Assembly: GCA_944386665.1 (NCBI GenBank)
Contig: CALXBZ010000001.1
Span: 1-60,867 of the forward strand
From: an uncultured Clostridia bacterium
Lineage (GTDB): Bacteria; Bacillota; Clostridia; TANB77; CAG-508
DNA: 60,867 bases
Reading direction: 5' to 3'
The notes below the pieces were generated by a model. The model was not told where the DNA came from. It saw only the letters and a list, made by a program, of their open reading frames with translations, and searched no databases. Numbering within the stretch: position 1 is the first letter of the stretch; the number at the start of each line of letters is the position of its first letter. The position numbers were made by a program, and so were the translations under genes. This document shows positions 8,860-18,686 of the stretch, piece after piece.

Positions 8860-9750
8860 TTATTGCTCCCTTCCGTCTGCTCCATCTAAGTTCTGTTTTG
8901 TATCTTTTTCTTTTAATTCTTGTAATCTTTTTAATTCTTCTAGTTCTAATAATCTTCTTCTAATTGTACTAATTCCTACTCCTAATTCTTCTGCAATCTG
9001 TTGTTTATTTTTTCCTTCTTTTGATAATTTTTCGACTTTCATCTTGAATTCTTGTAATTGTTTATGTCTTTTCTCACTATCAGTTTCATTGTCCTCTATA
9101 GTTACAAATGTCATATTCTTTTTTATTTCAGTAACAATTCTTCCATATAGTCTTTTTTCAGTAGCACTTAATTTTTCATGTCTCATCTTTTTTTCCGCAC
9201 ATATTTTAGCAATATCATATAATCTTTGATCTTGTTCTTCCTCACTTTGGCCTAATTTTTCTAATTCTCTTGATACTGTTCTAATTGGAATTCCATATAA
9301 TTGTGCCATTTCCGATTGTGACATATCTTGTTCTATAAGTTCTATAAATAGCCTTCTAAAATTAATCCCAGAATAATCTCCTCTTTGGCTTTTATATCTT
9401 ATATAATATTGAATGTACTCTGGTGATGAATTTGCTAATTCGTCAATCTTTCTTTGTAGAGTTTCTCTATCAATTCCATATTTTTCTGAAGTTTGCCTTG
9501 TAGATAGCTCTCCTTTTAATATTTTAATAATTATTTCTTTTAGATTGTCATCTATTTTTATTGTTTTATTTGCTTTATTTCCTAATAGTATTTGTTCTAA
9601 TTGTTCTTGTTCCTCTTGATTGCATATTCTCATTATAGCTCTTTTTAAAGCATCTCTATCAGTATTAAGATTAATACTTAACTGTCTTAAACTAACCTGT
9701 CCTGATAGTAATTGTTCTTTTGCTTTTTCTATTGTTTCATACGAAATCAT
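8860..9750 (-). CDS. Protein built of four helix-turn-helix-like repeats (296 aa)
   Basis: Four spaced modules: LRQLSINLNTDRDALKRAI, TRQTSEKYGIDRETLQRKI, QSEMAQLYGIPIRTVSRELEKL and KQQIAEELGVGISTIRRRLLEL. Its stop lies 2 nt from the mutS start. Confidence 0.6.
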   Translation of the reverse strand: MISYETIEKAKEQLLSGQVSLRQLSINLNTDRDALKRAIMRICNQEEQEQLEQILLGNKANKTIKIDDNLKEIIIKILKGELSTRQTSEKYGIDRETLQRKIDELANSSPEYIQYYIRYKSQRGDYSGINFRRLFIELIEQDMSQSEMAQLYGIPIRTVSRELEKLGQSEEEQDQRLYDIAKICAEKKMRHEKLSATEKRLYGRIVTEIKKNMTFVTIEDNETDSEKRHKQLQEFKMKVEKLSKEGKNKQQIAEELGVGISTIRRRLLELEELKRLQELKEKDTKQNLDGADGREQ

Positions 9751-9767
9751 ATTTCTTCCCTTCTTAA

Positions 9768-11174
9768 CTATTTTATTTCACCTTTTAAATACCACATATG
9801 TTCGGATAAAATTTTTAATTCTATTATTTTTCCTATTAAGTCATCAGTTCCTTCGAAGTTTACAACTTTATTTGTGTCAGTTCTACCCGTTAGCATATTT
9901 TCATTTGTTTTACTTTTTCCTTCAACCAATACTTTCTGTACTGTACCTACATATTTTTGATTGTTTTCTTGTATTTGGCTTTCTACTAATTGTTTTAACC
10001 TATTAAATCTTGCATGTTTTATTTCTTCTGAAATTTGATTCTCCATTTTATCTGCCGGGGTTCCTACTCTCCTTGAATATATAAACATGTAAACTTGTTC
10101 GAAGCATACTTTTTGTACAACATCTAATGTTTCTTCAAAGTCTTCTTCTGTTTCTCCTGGGAATCCAACTATTATGTCTGTTGAGAATACAACTCCAGGA
10201 ATTTTTGCTTTCATTCTATCAACTAGTGCTAAATATTGTTCTTTTGTATATTTTCTATTCATTGTTTTTAATATTTCAGAACTACCTGCTTGTAAAGGTA
10301 AGTGTATTATTTTGCAAACCTTTTGGCAGTCTTTTATTGCTTCTATTACATCATCTGTAAAATCCTTTGGATGTGGAGAAATAAAACGAATTCTCTCGAT
10401 TCCTTCAATTTTGTTTACTTCCCTTAATAGTTTTGCAAAAGAATCAATTTCTCCAACGTTTTCTCCTCTTTCTCGTTCTACTCTCATATATGAATTAACA
10501 TTTTGTCCTAATAGTGTAATTTCTTTATATCCCTCTTTTGCCAAACATTGTATTTCTGCTATTATATCTTTTGCATTCCTACTTCTTTCTCTTCCTCTTA
10601 CATATGGAACTATGCAGTATGAGCAAAAGTTATTACATCCGTTCATAATAGCAACAGATGCTTTTATATTATCATCTCTTCTAATTGGCAAACCTTCTAT
10701 AACTTCTCCATCAATATCTAGTATGTCTTCTATTCTTTTTTTGTTTAACATTGTTTCGTAAATATCTTCAGGAAACTTATATAAAGTATGTGGTCCAAAT
10801 ACCACATCAAAAAATGGATAGCTTTGTTTTAGCTTCTCCACAATATGTTTTTCCTGCATCATACAACCACCAATAGCAATTATTGTACCATTGGCTTCTT
10901 TGTATTTTTTTACTTCTCCCAATTTTCCAAATAATTTATCTTCTGCATTCTCTCTAACACAACAAGTATTAAAAGCAATTAAGTTTGCTTCCTCTATTTT
11001 ATTTGTTTTAGTATACCCCATTTCTTCTATCATACCAGATATTTTTTCAGAGTCATTTTCATTTAATTGGCATCCCATTGTTAATATTGTATATTTTAAA
11101 TTTTTTCCAACATTCAATTTTTTTATTTTATTTATATATTCTTGTTGTATTTTTATTTTTTCTTGCATTTCCAT
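9768..11174 (-). CDS. miaB: tRNA-i6A37 methylthiotransferase MiaB
   Basis: N-terminal MGCQLNENDSE motif, radical-SAM CNNFCSYCIVPYVRG, and a C-terminal TRAM-like region. 468 aa. Confidence 0.9.
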   Translation of the reverse strand: MEMQEKIKIQQEYINKIKKLNVGKNLKYTILTMGCQLNENDSEKISGMIEEMGYTKTNKIEEANLIAFNTCCVRENAEDKLFGKLGEVKKYKEANGTIIAIGGCMMQEKHIVEKLKQSYPFFDVVFGPHTLYKFPEDIYETMLNKKRIEDILDIDGEVIEGLPIRRDDNIKASVAIMNGCNNFCSYCIVPYVRGRERSRNAKDIIAEIQCLAKEGYKEITLLGQNVNSYMRVERERGENVGEIDSFAKLLREVNKIEGIERIRFISPHPKDFTDDVIEAIKDCQKVCKIIHLPLQAGSSEILKTMNRKYTKEQYLALVDRMKAKIPGVVFSTDIIVGFPGETEEDFEETLDVVQKVCFEQVYMFIYSRRVGTPADKMENQISEEIKHARFNRLKQLVESQIQENNQKYVGTVQKVLVEGKSKTNENMLTGRTDTNKVVNFEGTDDLIGKIIELKILSEHMWYLKGEIK

Positions 11175-11265
11175 ATTTATATTTTCTTCTCCATTTTTCT
11201 ACTTTTTTAGCCTAATTTTACTATAAAATGAGGAAAATATCAAGCAAAACTTTAAATGCTTTTTA

Positions 11266-11301
11266 TCAAAAAAAATAAAGGAGATGCTTACCATTTCCTT
11301 T
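11266..11301 (-). terminator. Rho-independent terminator after rpmE
   Basis: Minus strand reads AAAGGAAATG-GTAAG-CATCTCCTTT (one mismatch) followed by a T-run. Confidence 0.55.
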
Positions 11302-11322
11302 AAATTTTTTGTTACGTTTTTA

Positions 11323-11532
11323 TTATTGAATTCCGTATTTCTTTTTAAATTTGTCTGCTCTACCACCAGTTGTTTCTCTCTTTAAGTTTCCTGTCCAGAA
11401 TGGATGGCATTTTGAACAAACATCAACTTTAATATCTTTTTTTGTTGAACCTGCTTTTATAACGTTACCACATGCACATGTGATTGTTGTTTCTGCATAA
11501 TTTGGATGTAATCCTTCTTTCATTGTATTCAC
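11323..11532 (-). CDS. rpmE: 50S ribosomal protein L31 (zinc-binding type)
   Basis: 69 aa. MKEGLHPNY start, with CxC...CxxCHPF cysteines. Confidence 0.95.
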   Translation of the reverse strand: MNTMKEGLHPNYAETTITCACGNVIKAGSTKKDIKVDVCSKCHPFWTGNLKRETTGGRADKFKKKYGIQ

Positions 11533-11622
11533 CTCTCCTCATTATTAATAAAACTGCTAAATAATATAATAACATAATTTTATTATATTTTCAAGTATTA
11601 ATTTATTATTTTTTACTTATAT

Positions 11623-11778
11623 TTAATTTTGCTCATTTACTTTCTTTTCTTCCATATATTGAGCTGCACTTTCTAGTTCGTCTTTTAACGAATATCTTTT
11701 TACTATTTTAGATACCACATTAAATAAACATGCAATTATCAAGATTGCTAATAATAATTTTTTCCAAATTTTAGCCAT
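11623..11778 (-). CDS. Small single-TM protein (51 aa), not in the ORF track
   Basis: My translation: MAKIWKKLLLAILIIACLFNVVSKIVKRYSLKDELESAAQYMEEKKVNEQN. A GGGAGA sequence lies about 8 nt upstream of the ATG. Confidence 0.35.
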   Translation of the reverse strand: MAKIWKKLLLAILIIACLFNVVSKIVKRYSLKDELESAAQYMEEKKVNEQN

Positions 11779-11889
11779 TTGTTTTTCTCCCAAATAAAAA
11801 CTATACTATTATTATACTATATTTATGATTTTTGTCAACTGGTATATATTTTAAAAAATTGAACATACTTATCTATAGAGGTGTAAATT

Positions 11890-12606
11890 ATGGATACAAA
11901 AAGCAAAAAAAGTATGTTTGTTTTTATAATTATTTTAATACTATTGCTAACTATATTACTAGGTTTTATATTTAAGGATAAAATATTTCCACAAAATAAT
12001 AATAACGATAATAATAACAATTATATTGATAACAGTGTAACTAGATTGGCTGAAGAAACGAATAATTTAGGTAATACTGAAAATGTTAATGAGGTTAATA
12101 ACAAGATTGAAAATGCTTTAAATAATACTCAAAATACTATTTCTTCTAGAGTAGAAGAAGAAATAGCTACTTATTCAACCAATCTTAGTGGCAGTACAGA
12201 GAATAGATTAACTAATATAAGAATTACTTGTAACAAATTAAATGGCACTGTTGTAAATAATGGTGACACTTTTTCTTTCTGTAATACTACCGGACCTTCT
12301 GAAGCAAGCGAGGGTTATAAAGAAGCAACAGTTTTCCTTAATGGAGAAAAGGTCCAAGCTCTTGGTGGTGGTAATTGTCAAATTAGTAGTACCTTGTACA
12401 ATTCCGTACTTGCTGTTCCTGACTTACAAGTAATTGAACGTCACGAACATGGGCAAGATGTTTCTTATGTTCCAGAAGGAAAAGATGCTGCGGTTTCATA
12501 TGGTTCTATAGATTTCAAATTTAAAAACAATACTGGTAACGATATTAAATTGTATTTTAGCACGGATAATGTGACTCTTACTGCTACAATTGTAAAATTA
12601 GTTTAA
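11890..12606 (+). CDS. VanW family protein
   Basis: N-terminal TM helix. C-terminal VanW-like core GDTFSFCNTTGP...GGGNCQISSTLYN...ERHEHG. SD GAGGTG upstream. Confidence 0.75.
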   Translation: MDTKSKKSMFVFIIILILLLTILLGFIFKDKIFPQNNNNDNNNNYIDNSVTRLAEETNNLGNTENVNEVNNKIENALNNTQNTISSRVEEEIATYSTNLSGSTENRLTNIRITCNKLNGTVVNNGDTFSFCNTTGPSEASEGYKEATVFLNGEKVQALGGGNCQISSTLYNSVLAVPDLQVIERHEHGQDVSYVPEGKDAAVSYGSIDFKFKNNTGNDIKLYFSTDNVTLTATIVKLV

Positions 12607-12669
12607 AGATTGCATATTTTTCTCCTATTAGAATATTATTTACTAATGTTCTAGCAAGGAGGATTTTTT

Positions 12670-13992
12670 ATGGTCTTTAATAACAATTGTAGTATATCAA
12701 AAGAAAGTAACAGTTCAAATGATATTAGCTCTACTAAAAATATTTTATATAAATTTTTAATAATTATTCTGTGTTTTTGTGTGTTGCTATTTAGCAATAT
12801 TTCTACGTTTGCTGCAAATAATGCTACTACGTATGTATGGTCTAATCAGTCTAAAAAATTAGAAACTGCTGAAACTAGTAGCACAATTTTAAATTCGTCT
12901 TCAAATACAGTTACAGGCAACCCTTTAGGATTAGATTGCGGTTCTGCTTGCCTAATTGAGCAAAATACTGGCCTTATAATATACGATTATAATATGCACG
13001 AACCTTTACGTCCTGCAAGTATTACTAAAATAATGAGCATTTTATTGATTATGGAGGCCTTGGATTCTGGCAAAATAAGTTTAACAGACAAAGTTCCATG
13101 TACAGAAGATGCAGCTGGAATGGGAGGTTCGCAAATATGGTTAGATGTAAGTGAAACCTTAACTGTTGATGAAATGTTAAAAGCAATTTGTGTTGTTTCT
13201 GCTAATGATTGTGTTGTTGCTATGGCTAATTATTTAGAAGGAAGTCAGGAAGCTTTTGTGAAAAAGATGAATCAAAAAGCTAAAGAATTGGGTATGAATG
13301 ATACCTGTTTTAAAAATTGTCATGGAATAGATGAGGAAGGTCATGTAACTTCTGCATATGATATTGCTATTATGTCTCGTGAGCTATTAGTAAATCATCC
13401 TACTATTACAAAATACACTACAATATGGATGGACTCTTTGCGAGATGGTAAATCAAGTCTTGTAAATACTAACAAACTCGTGAGAAATTATAATGGATGT
13501 ACTGGTTTAAAAACTGGCTCTACATCTCTTGCACTTTATAATCTCGCAGCTTCTGCCACAAGATCAGATTTATCTTTAATATGTGTAATAATGAAAGCTC
13601 CAACTACTAAAGTTAGATTTGCTAATGCTCAACAACTTTTAGATTATGGTTTTAGTAATTATTCTATAAAATCTTTTGGTAAAAAAGGTGAAAAGATAAA
13701 AAGTATTAAAGTTAATAAAGGTACTTCTCAGTCTGTTAATGTTGTTTTTGAAGATAATGCAGAAATTTTATTTTCAAAGAATAACAACAATGAAATAACT
13801 CAAGAAATGATTTTAGAAGATTCAATTGATGCTCCTATATTAGAAAAACAAAAATTGGGAGAAATTAAATTTAGTATTAATGGTAGTGTTGTTTCTTCTG
13901 TTAATTTAGTTGCTGATAAAAAAATAGATAGATTAAGTTTTGCAAGTATGGCTAAATCTATAATGTATACATGGTTTAATTTATGCAGATAG
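12670..13992 (+). CDS. D-alanyl-D-alanine carboxypeptidase (PBP5/DacB-like, S11 family)
   Basis: SxxK (ASITKIM), SxN (SAND) and KTG (LKTGST) motifs in the canonical order. Signal/TM N-terminus. SD AGGAGG upstream. Confidence 0.85.
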   Translation: MVFNNNCSISKESNSSNDISSTKNILYKFLIIILCFCVLLFSNISTFAANNATTYVWSNQSKKLETAETSSTILNSSSNTVTGNPLGLDCGSACLIEQNTGLIIYDYNMHEPLRPASITKIMSILLIMEALDSGKISLTDKVPCTEDAAGMGGSQIWLDVSETLTVDEMLKAICVVSANDCVVAMANYLEGSQEAFVKKMNQKAKELGMNDTCFKNCHGIDEEGHVTSAYDIAIMSRELLVNHPTITKYTTIWMDSLRDGKSSLVNTNKLVRNYNGCTGLKTGSTSLALYNLAASATRSDLSLICVIMKAPTTKVRFANAQQLLDYGFSNYSIKSFGKKGEKIKSIKVNKGTSQSVNVVFEDNAEILFSKNNNNEITQEMILEDSIDAPILEKQKLGEIKFSINGSVVSSVNLVADKKIDRLSFASMAKSIMYTWFNLCR

Positions 13993-14018
13993 CTAGAGGA
14001 TATACCTCTAGCTATTTT
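13991..14018. terminator. Bidirectional hairpin between the convergent dac gene and the filament locus
   Basis: AGCTAGAGG (13991-13999) / CCTCTAGCT (14005-14013), 5-nt loop, T-rich tail. Confidence 0.6.
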
Positions 14019-14052
14019 CCTAAATATATAAAATAAACACAATTTTATGCTT

Positions 14053-15795
14053 TTAATACCCAAAATATCCATTTGTTACGTATAGATTATATCTGGACCT
14101 TGCTAAAGCTGTTAAATATAGTTGTCGTAAGTTTGTTCCTCCAAGATTAGTTACTTGCACTTTATTTCCATTTTCATCTATTACGTTATCTGCTATTATA
14201 TTATCTGTGCTATAAGTTTTCGAGGCAGTTACTATGCAATCATAACAAGGAGTATATGCTTCTGGATAATAATAAGCATATTTTCCTGAATCTGCTCCCA
14301 ATATTTGACTATGAGCATTTGAATCTTCTCCTGTAATTGAAACAGTTTTTCTTTCAAATTCACTAGATGGATATGCTCCTTCTATATTCACAGAGTTGCT
14401 TTTTAAATTTTCTATTAATTTTAAACACCCCGGTTTATGATATTCACCATTACTGTCAACTATGAAAATAGAATCATTTCCTACTGTTTCTTGGTTTGTA
14501 TTATTTGAAACAATACAATAGTTATTATAAACCTTTGCTCCGATAGGAACACCTTCAAAGAAGGTTAGCATACATACATTATTTTGTATTTTATCCCATT
14601 CTTCTTCTCCTAATTGTGGCATTGAAAATTCATATCCTATAACAGTATGTGATGTAAATGTTGCTATCGCTGATAATAAATTAGTCTCTATTGATTTTCT
14701 TATTACATTCATTCTATGTTCATTAAATACAGAATCGGTTTTTATAGGATTGTTTTCATCACTAATATCAAATATTTTTTCGTTTCCTATATTTGTTGCA
14801 AAATCTGTAATTGCATTTCCATCCACATCAACTGCATCATTTGGTGTAATATTTCCTAAATATTTATCTACCCAATTTGTAAAGCTAATTGGATCACCAT
14901 TAAAATCTGTAGTTAGCGGATCTAATGATTCAGAATAGTATTTTGTTGCACTGTCACTGCATAAGTATAATTGTCCATTAATATTTCTCAAATGATTATT
15001 TAGATATTCTATATCTGAAATAGTTGTTACATAATTCTTTTTATATTCACTGCTATAGTAAAAATATCTCTTTTTTCCTTTTTCTCCAGTATCGTTTATA
15101 TCCCCCGAAAAAGCATCTGGATTGTTGTCTTTATATATTTTTTGGCTATTGTATACAATATATTGAAAATTTTCTGTAGTTGGCTCTACATTTACATCAT
15201 CACTTAATATTATTAAATTTTCTCTTAATATTTCATCTGCAATAACACTTCTATCTGAATCTGCAATCAAATGTCCCGTCTTTATTACATAATGCCCCTT
15301 TACTGTTCCTATTATGGTTATTGTGTTATCTAATGTATAATTTACTACAAAATCCGTATTGTTACCTGTTTTGTATCTACAAGAATAATAATTAAAAGGT
15401 TTTAGCCCATATCTATATTCACCATATTCAGTATCATAAAAATTAGAATATATATAATATCCATCATATAAAGTAAATAATATTGCTGGTACATATGGTT
15501 GCAAATCTTCTTTACTATATCCCGAAACTCCCATGTTTGTACCAAGTGAATTAAAGAAAACATTTATGGATGCTTCTATATCCCTTATTTTCGAATTTGA
15601 AATTGTTGAATACATATTATTTGCAGTATTTAGTTGAAATGCTTTAATTCCATCATAAGTAGCATTTATTAATATATTGTTATATTTAGTCTGATTTTCT
15701 ATCGTCTTAATATGCATATTTATATATACCGACAATACCAATGATATTGGAACTATTATTATAACAAAAATTATAATTATATGTTGTAGTTTCAT
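14053..15795 (-). CDS. Large secreted or anchored protein (580 aa), last gene of the Tad-like locus
   Basis: A single N-terminal hydrophobic helix (IIIIFVIIIVPISLVLSVYI), then a long Asn/Tyr-rich ectodomain. Co-directional with the locus. Confidence 0.55.
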   Translation of the reverse strand: MKLQHIIIIFVIIIVPISLVLSVYINMHIKTIENQTKYNNILINATYDGIKAFQLNTANNMYSTISNSKIRDIEASINVFFNSLGTNMGVSGYSKEDLQPYVPAILFTLYDGYYIYSNFYDTEYGEYRYGLKPFNYYSCRYKTGNNTDFVVNYTLDNTITIIGTVKGHYVIKTGHLIADSDRSVIADEILRENLIILSDDVNVEPTTENFQYIVYNSQKIYKDNNPDAFSGDINDTGEKGKKRYFYYSSEYKKNYVTTISDIEYLNNHLRNINGQLYLCSDSATKYYSESLDPLTTDFNGDPISFTNWVDKYLGNITPNDAVDVDGNAITDFATNIGNEKIFDISDENNPIKTDSVFNEHRMNVIRKSIETNLLSAIATFTSHTVIGYEFSMPQLGEEEWDKIQNNVCMLTFFEGVPIGAKVYNNYCIVSNNTNQETVGNDSIFIVDSNGEYHKPGCLKLIENLKSNSVNIEGAYPSSEFERKTVSITGEDSNAHSQILGADSGKYAYYYPEAYTPCYDCIVTASKTYSTDNIIADNVIDENGNKVQVTNLGGTNLRQLYLTALARSRYNLYVTNGYFGY

Positions 15796-15814
15796 TAATC
15801 GCTTTACCTTTCTA

Positions 15815-15862
15815 TTATAAAAGGCAGCTCAGAACTAGCTTTTAATAGTTCATAGAGCTGCC
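15815..15862 (-). terminator. Intra-operon hairpin (attenuator-like) between the 177-aa and 580-aa genes
   Basis: GGCAGCTC (15823-15830) / GAGCTGCC (15855-15862) with an inner GAACTA/TAGTTC extension. Followed on the minus strand by TTTTAT. Confidence 0.45.
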
Positions 15863-15875
15863 AAATTTATAAAAT

Positions 15876-16409
15876 CTATTTTGTACCATTTACAGTAACT
15901 ATTCCTGCATGTTGTGCAGCAATTTGATATGTATCATTTCCTGCAATTCTGTACAAGAAATTCCTTAATATTTGAGCTATTGTAGTATTTGTATTTTTTA
16001 CAACGACGGAGATTCTATCTCCTTCTTTTAATGTTAGTCTGTTATTAGTAGAGTCATTAGTTAAGATATCTTCTAATTGGCTTGTGTATAAATTATAATA
16101 TACATTTTCTCCAATCTTGGTTGTCTCTGCTTGCGTGGTTTTCACTCCTGGATTTTCATCTAAAATTTGAGCCTGCATTTCAACATCAAAAGAGTTCCCT
16201 GTTGCAGTTATCGTTTGTACAAATTTATCATAATCATCCAATGTTAATTTGCCTGTAGTTCTAACCTTATCCACAAAATCGGTAGTAGCTGTCTGTACTG
16301 ATAATTGAGATATATCGTCAGTTCTTTCTGAAATTGACATCAAAGGAAAAATGAACATTAATATAGCTGCTAAAAATATTGCAATAATTGTAATAAAACT
16401 ATCTCCCAT
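15876..16409 (-). CDS. Minor-pilin-like protein (177 aa)
   Basis: N-terminus MGDSFITIIAIFLAAILMFIFPLMSI is a single hydrophobic helix, followed by a Thr-rich globular part. Position matches that of TadE/F-like genes. Confidence 0.5.
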   Translation of the reverse strand: MGDSFITIIAIFLAAILMFIFPLMSISERTDDISQLSVQTATTDFVDKVRTTGKLTLDDYDKFVQTITATGNSFDVEMQAQILDENPGVKTTQAETTKIGENVYYNLYTSQLEDILTNDSTNNRLTLKEGDRISVVVKNTNTTIAQILRNFLYRIAGNDTYQIAAQHAGIVTVNGTK

Positions 16410-16448
16410 TTTTCTATTTCCTTTCTTTTTTTACTAATATACATTTCT

Positions 16449-17156
16449 TTATTTTATAAGAATGTATGTAATTATTCTCTTTTTAGTTGTTTTATTTCCT
16501 ATAACTTCATCTTCATTTTCATCAGTATTTATTGTAGTAATCTCTCCTATTTGCTCTACAAATTTATTATTTCTTTTGCTTAACGGATTATTGGCATAAT
16601 TAATAGTGCTAGCTCCCGTCATAAAAGGTATTTTATATTCTCCACCACCAAAAATTGCGTCCAAATGTAATTTAACTTGTTCTGCATTTCCTACCCAAGG
16701 TTCATTTCTTTGAGTTTCTTCTATTATATCAAAAGAACATATTCTTAGCTCAGGATTAGTACTATCTTTATTACTAGTTCCATCAAAATCGTTTATATAA
16801 TTTTTATTCCAATTTTTCGGGTTTGTTGTAGTACTATATATTGGAAGTGGTTCTAACTCTGATAGTGTTCCAGTAGAAGAATCGTATTTTCCTTGTTTAA
16901 ATACAACTTTATATCTTTCTTTATTATATTTATATAAAGTTGGTATGATAGTCTCATAACTAACAATTCTGTTACCAGAAGGATCCTCTGGTAAATCATA
17001 TCTTGTGTAGTCATAATATGCCATTTTGTCTGAACTTTGTAAAACTATCTCTGAAGTTGACCTTGCCTTTGAAAAAAAGGCAATTGAAAGTGATAGAGCT
17101 AGAGTTAGTAGCATAACGGCAAATGCCATTTTTAAAGCTTCTACTGCATTTTCCAT
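16449..17156 (-). CDS. Pilin-like protein (235 aa) with MENAVEAL N-terminus
   Basis: N-terminus MENAVEALKMAFAVMLLTLALSLSIAFF is shared with three neighbouring paralogs. Confidence 0.55.
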   Translation of the reverse strand: MENAVEALKMAFAVMLLTLALSLSIAFFSKARSTSEIVLQSSDKMAYYDYTRYDLPEDPSGNRIVSYETIIPTLYKYNKERYKVVFKQGKYDSSTGTLSELEPLPIYSTTTNPKNWNKNYINDFDGTSNKDSTNPELRICSFDIIEETQRNEPWVGNAEQVKLHLDAIFGGGEYKIPFMTGASTINYANNPLSKRNNKFVEQIGEITTINTDENEDEVIGNKTTKKRIITYILIK

Positions 17157-17183
17157 ATTCTTTTACTCTCTTATTTTTTTAAA

Positions 17184-17609
17184 TTATTTTACTTGTTCTA
17201 TATTACATTTTGTTATATATCCACTCTTGTTATAAGCAAATGTAACACTATATGTTCTTCCTGCTTTTAATGTGTTTGTAGCAATTGTAGCTTCTGAATC
17301 AGGTTCAAATACAGTTCCCTCAGCTATAGCTCCTCCATCTATTGTTAAAGTAACTTGTTGAGAAAAATCATCTGTATTAACTCTGTTGTGTGAAGCAATA
17401 GCTTCATATAATGCTCTTGCATTAGTTCCTGAAATTGTTCCTTCATAATTTTTAAATTTTTGGTTGTAGGCATTTGCCTTTTCCGAATCCATATTTGCTC
17501 CCTCCATTGCACCTGAAGCTTGTTGGTATATAAACATACCTAATCCTATAATTAAAATTGATAATAGTATAGCTCCTGCTATAATTAATGCTTTACTTGC
17601 ATTCTCCAT
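17184..17609 (-). CDS. Pilin-like protein (141 aa) with MENASKAL N-terminus; candidate major subunit
   Basis: MENASKALIIAGAILLSILIIGLGMFIY. Strong SD (AAGGAGGAAAAAATT ATG). It is the smallest paralog. Confidence 0.6.
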   Translation of the reverse strand: MENASKALIIAGAILLSILIIGLGMFIYQQASGAMEGANMDSEKANAYNQKFKNYEGTISGTNARALYEAIASHNRVNTDDFSQQVTLTIDGGAIAEGTVFEPDSEATIATNTLKAGRTYSVTFAYNKSGYITKCNIEQVK

Positions 17610-17663
17610 AATTTTTTCCTCCTTAGATTATTTATATATAATTTTTAAAATTTTATAACTTGT

Positions 17664-18101
17664 TTATATTTGTTCAAAGTACATACTTTTCACATTGTTT
17701 GTTTTTGTATGATATTCAATATTGGTGCATTTAAAGCTTAATGCTCCAAAATTTAACCAAAATTGTTGCATACCCACTTCATTTATTCTTTCCATAGTTA
17801 TAATTTGATCTAACTCTTTAAATTTTAGTTCTATTTCTATGGAATTTTCAAAGTTATCTATGTAATTTCCTTTTTCATCTTTTTCTACTTGATTATGTTC
17901 ATTACTATCAATAGCTTTATTTATTATAGATATAACATCTGTACCTAATATTTCTTTATTATAAAAACTTTCATAGCTTTTATTTTCTTTAACAGCTTGC
18001 TCTATAGCTACTTTTTTATAGTAAATTCTATAACCTATAATTAATGCTATTGTTAAAAATATTGTTGATATTAAAATTACAATTTTTTTCATAATTTTCA
18101 T
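17664..18101 (-). CDS. Pilin-like or accessory protein (145 aa) with C-terminal FKCT motif
   Basis: N-terminal helix KKIVILISTIFLTIALIIGY. C-terminus SFKCTNIEYHTKTNNVKSMYFEQI resembles the neighbouring paralogs. Confidence 0.5.
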   Translation of the reverse strand: MKIMKKIVILISTIFLTIALIIGYRIYYKKVAIEQAVKENKSYESFYNKEILGTDVISIINKAIDSNEHNQVEKDEKGNYIDNFENSIEIELKFKELDQIITMERINEVGMQQFWLNFGALSFKCTNIEYHTKTNNVKSMYFEQI

Positions 18102-18155
18102 TCTTTCTTAATTATAACATTTAAATTTTTTATATGCAATAATTAATTTTAATTT

Positions 18156-18668
18156 TTATAATTGTTCAAATGTAACACTGCATACTCTTTTACTGTCTGG
18201 ATTTATTATTATATTAGTACATTTAAAATAAGTTACAACATATTTATTATTAACTTCTTCACCTGAATATTTCTTTAAGAATTCTTTATAATCCTCTAAT
18301 GAACTATCCTCAAAATTATTAATAGTATGTGATCCTTGTTTGACTATTACTTTTACATAATAAAATCCATTATTTTGATCTGCAATCGTATAGTCGTATT
18401 TACTATTGTTTTCTTTAGCTGTATTAGCAATAGTTACTACATCTTGAGCTCTGCAAGTATTTCTCCATTCTCCTGTACTATCATCTTGATAAGATTCATA
18501 TTTAATAAATTGTGCATTAAATTCGTTAATATCCTTTTCTGATAATTTTTTTGACATGTCTGCACTAAAATCCCCAAAAACAGTAAATAGATATACTCCT
18601 AAAGATAGTAATAGTACTCCAACTAACACAGTAGCAGCCATTAATAAGGCTTTACTCGCATTTTCCAC
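18156..18668 (-). CDS. Pilin-like protein (170 aa) with MENASKAL N-terminus and FKCT C-terminus
   Basis: GTG start preceded by AGGAGG. N-terminus (M)ENASKALLMAATVLVGVLLLSLGVYLF. C-terminus YFKCTNIIINPDSKRVCSVTFEQL. Confidence 0.6.
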   Translation of the reverse strand: MENASKALLMAATVLVGVLLLSLGVYLFTVFGDFSADMSKKLSEKDINEFNAQFIKYESYQDDSTGEWRNTCRAQDVVTIANTAKENNSKYDYTIADQNNGFYYVKVIVKQGSHTINNFEDSSLEDYKEFLKKYSGEEVNNKYVVTYFKCTNIIINPDSKRVCSVTFEQL

Positions 18669-18686
18669 TATTTTTTCCTCCTAAAT

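Noticed and set aside
10174-10761. Long plus-strand ORFs inside minus-strand genes. Examples: 10174-10761, 23369-23893, 35283-35795, 35883-36353 and 50515-51246.
   Set aside because: All lie antisense to genes with strong family motifs (miaB, the secretion ATPase, ftsK, alaS-like). Their products are Ser/Phe/Leu/Ile-rich, as expected from reverse-complemented AT-rich codons, and none has an SD.
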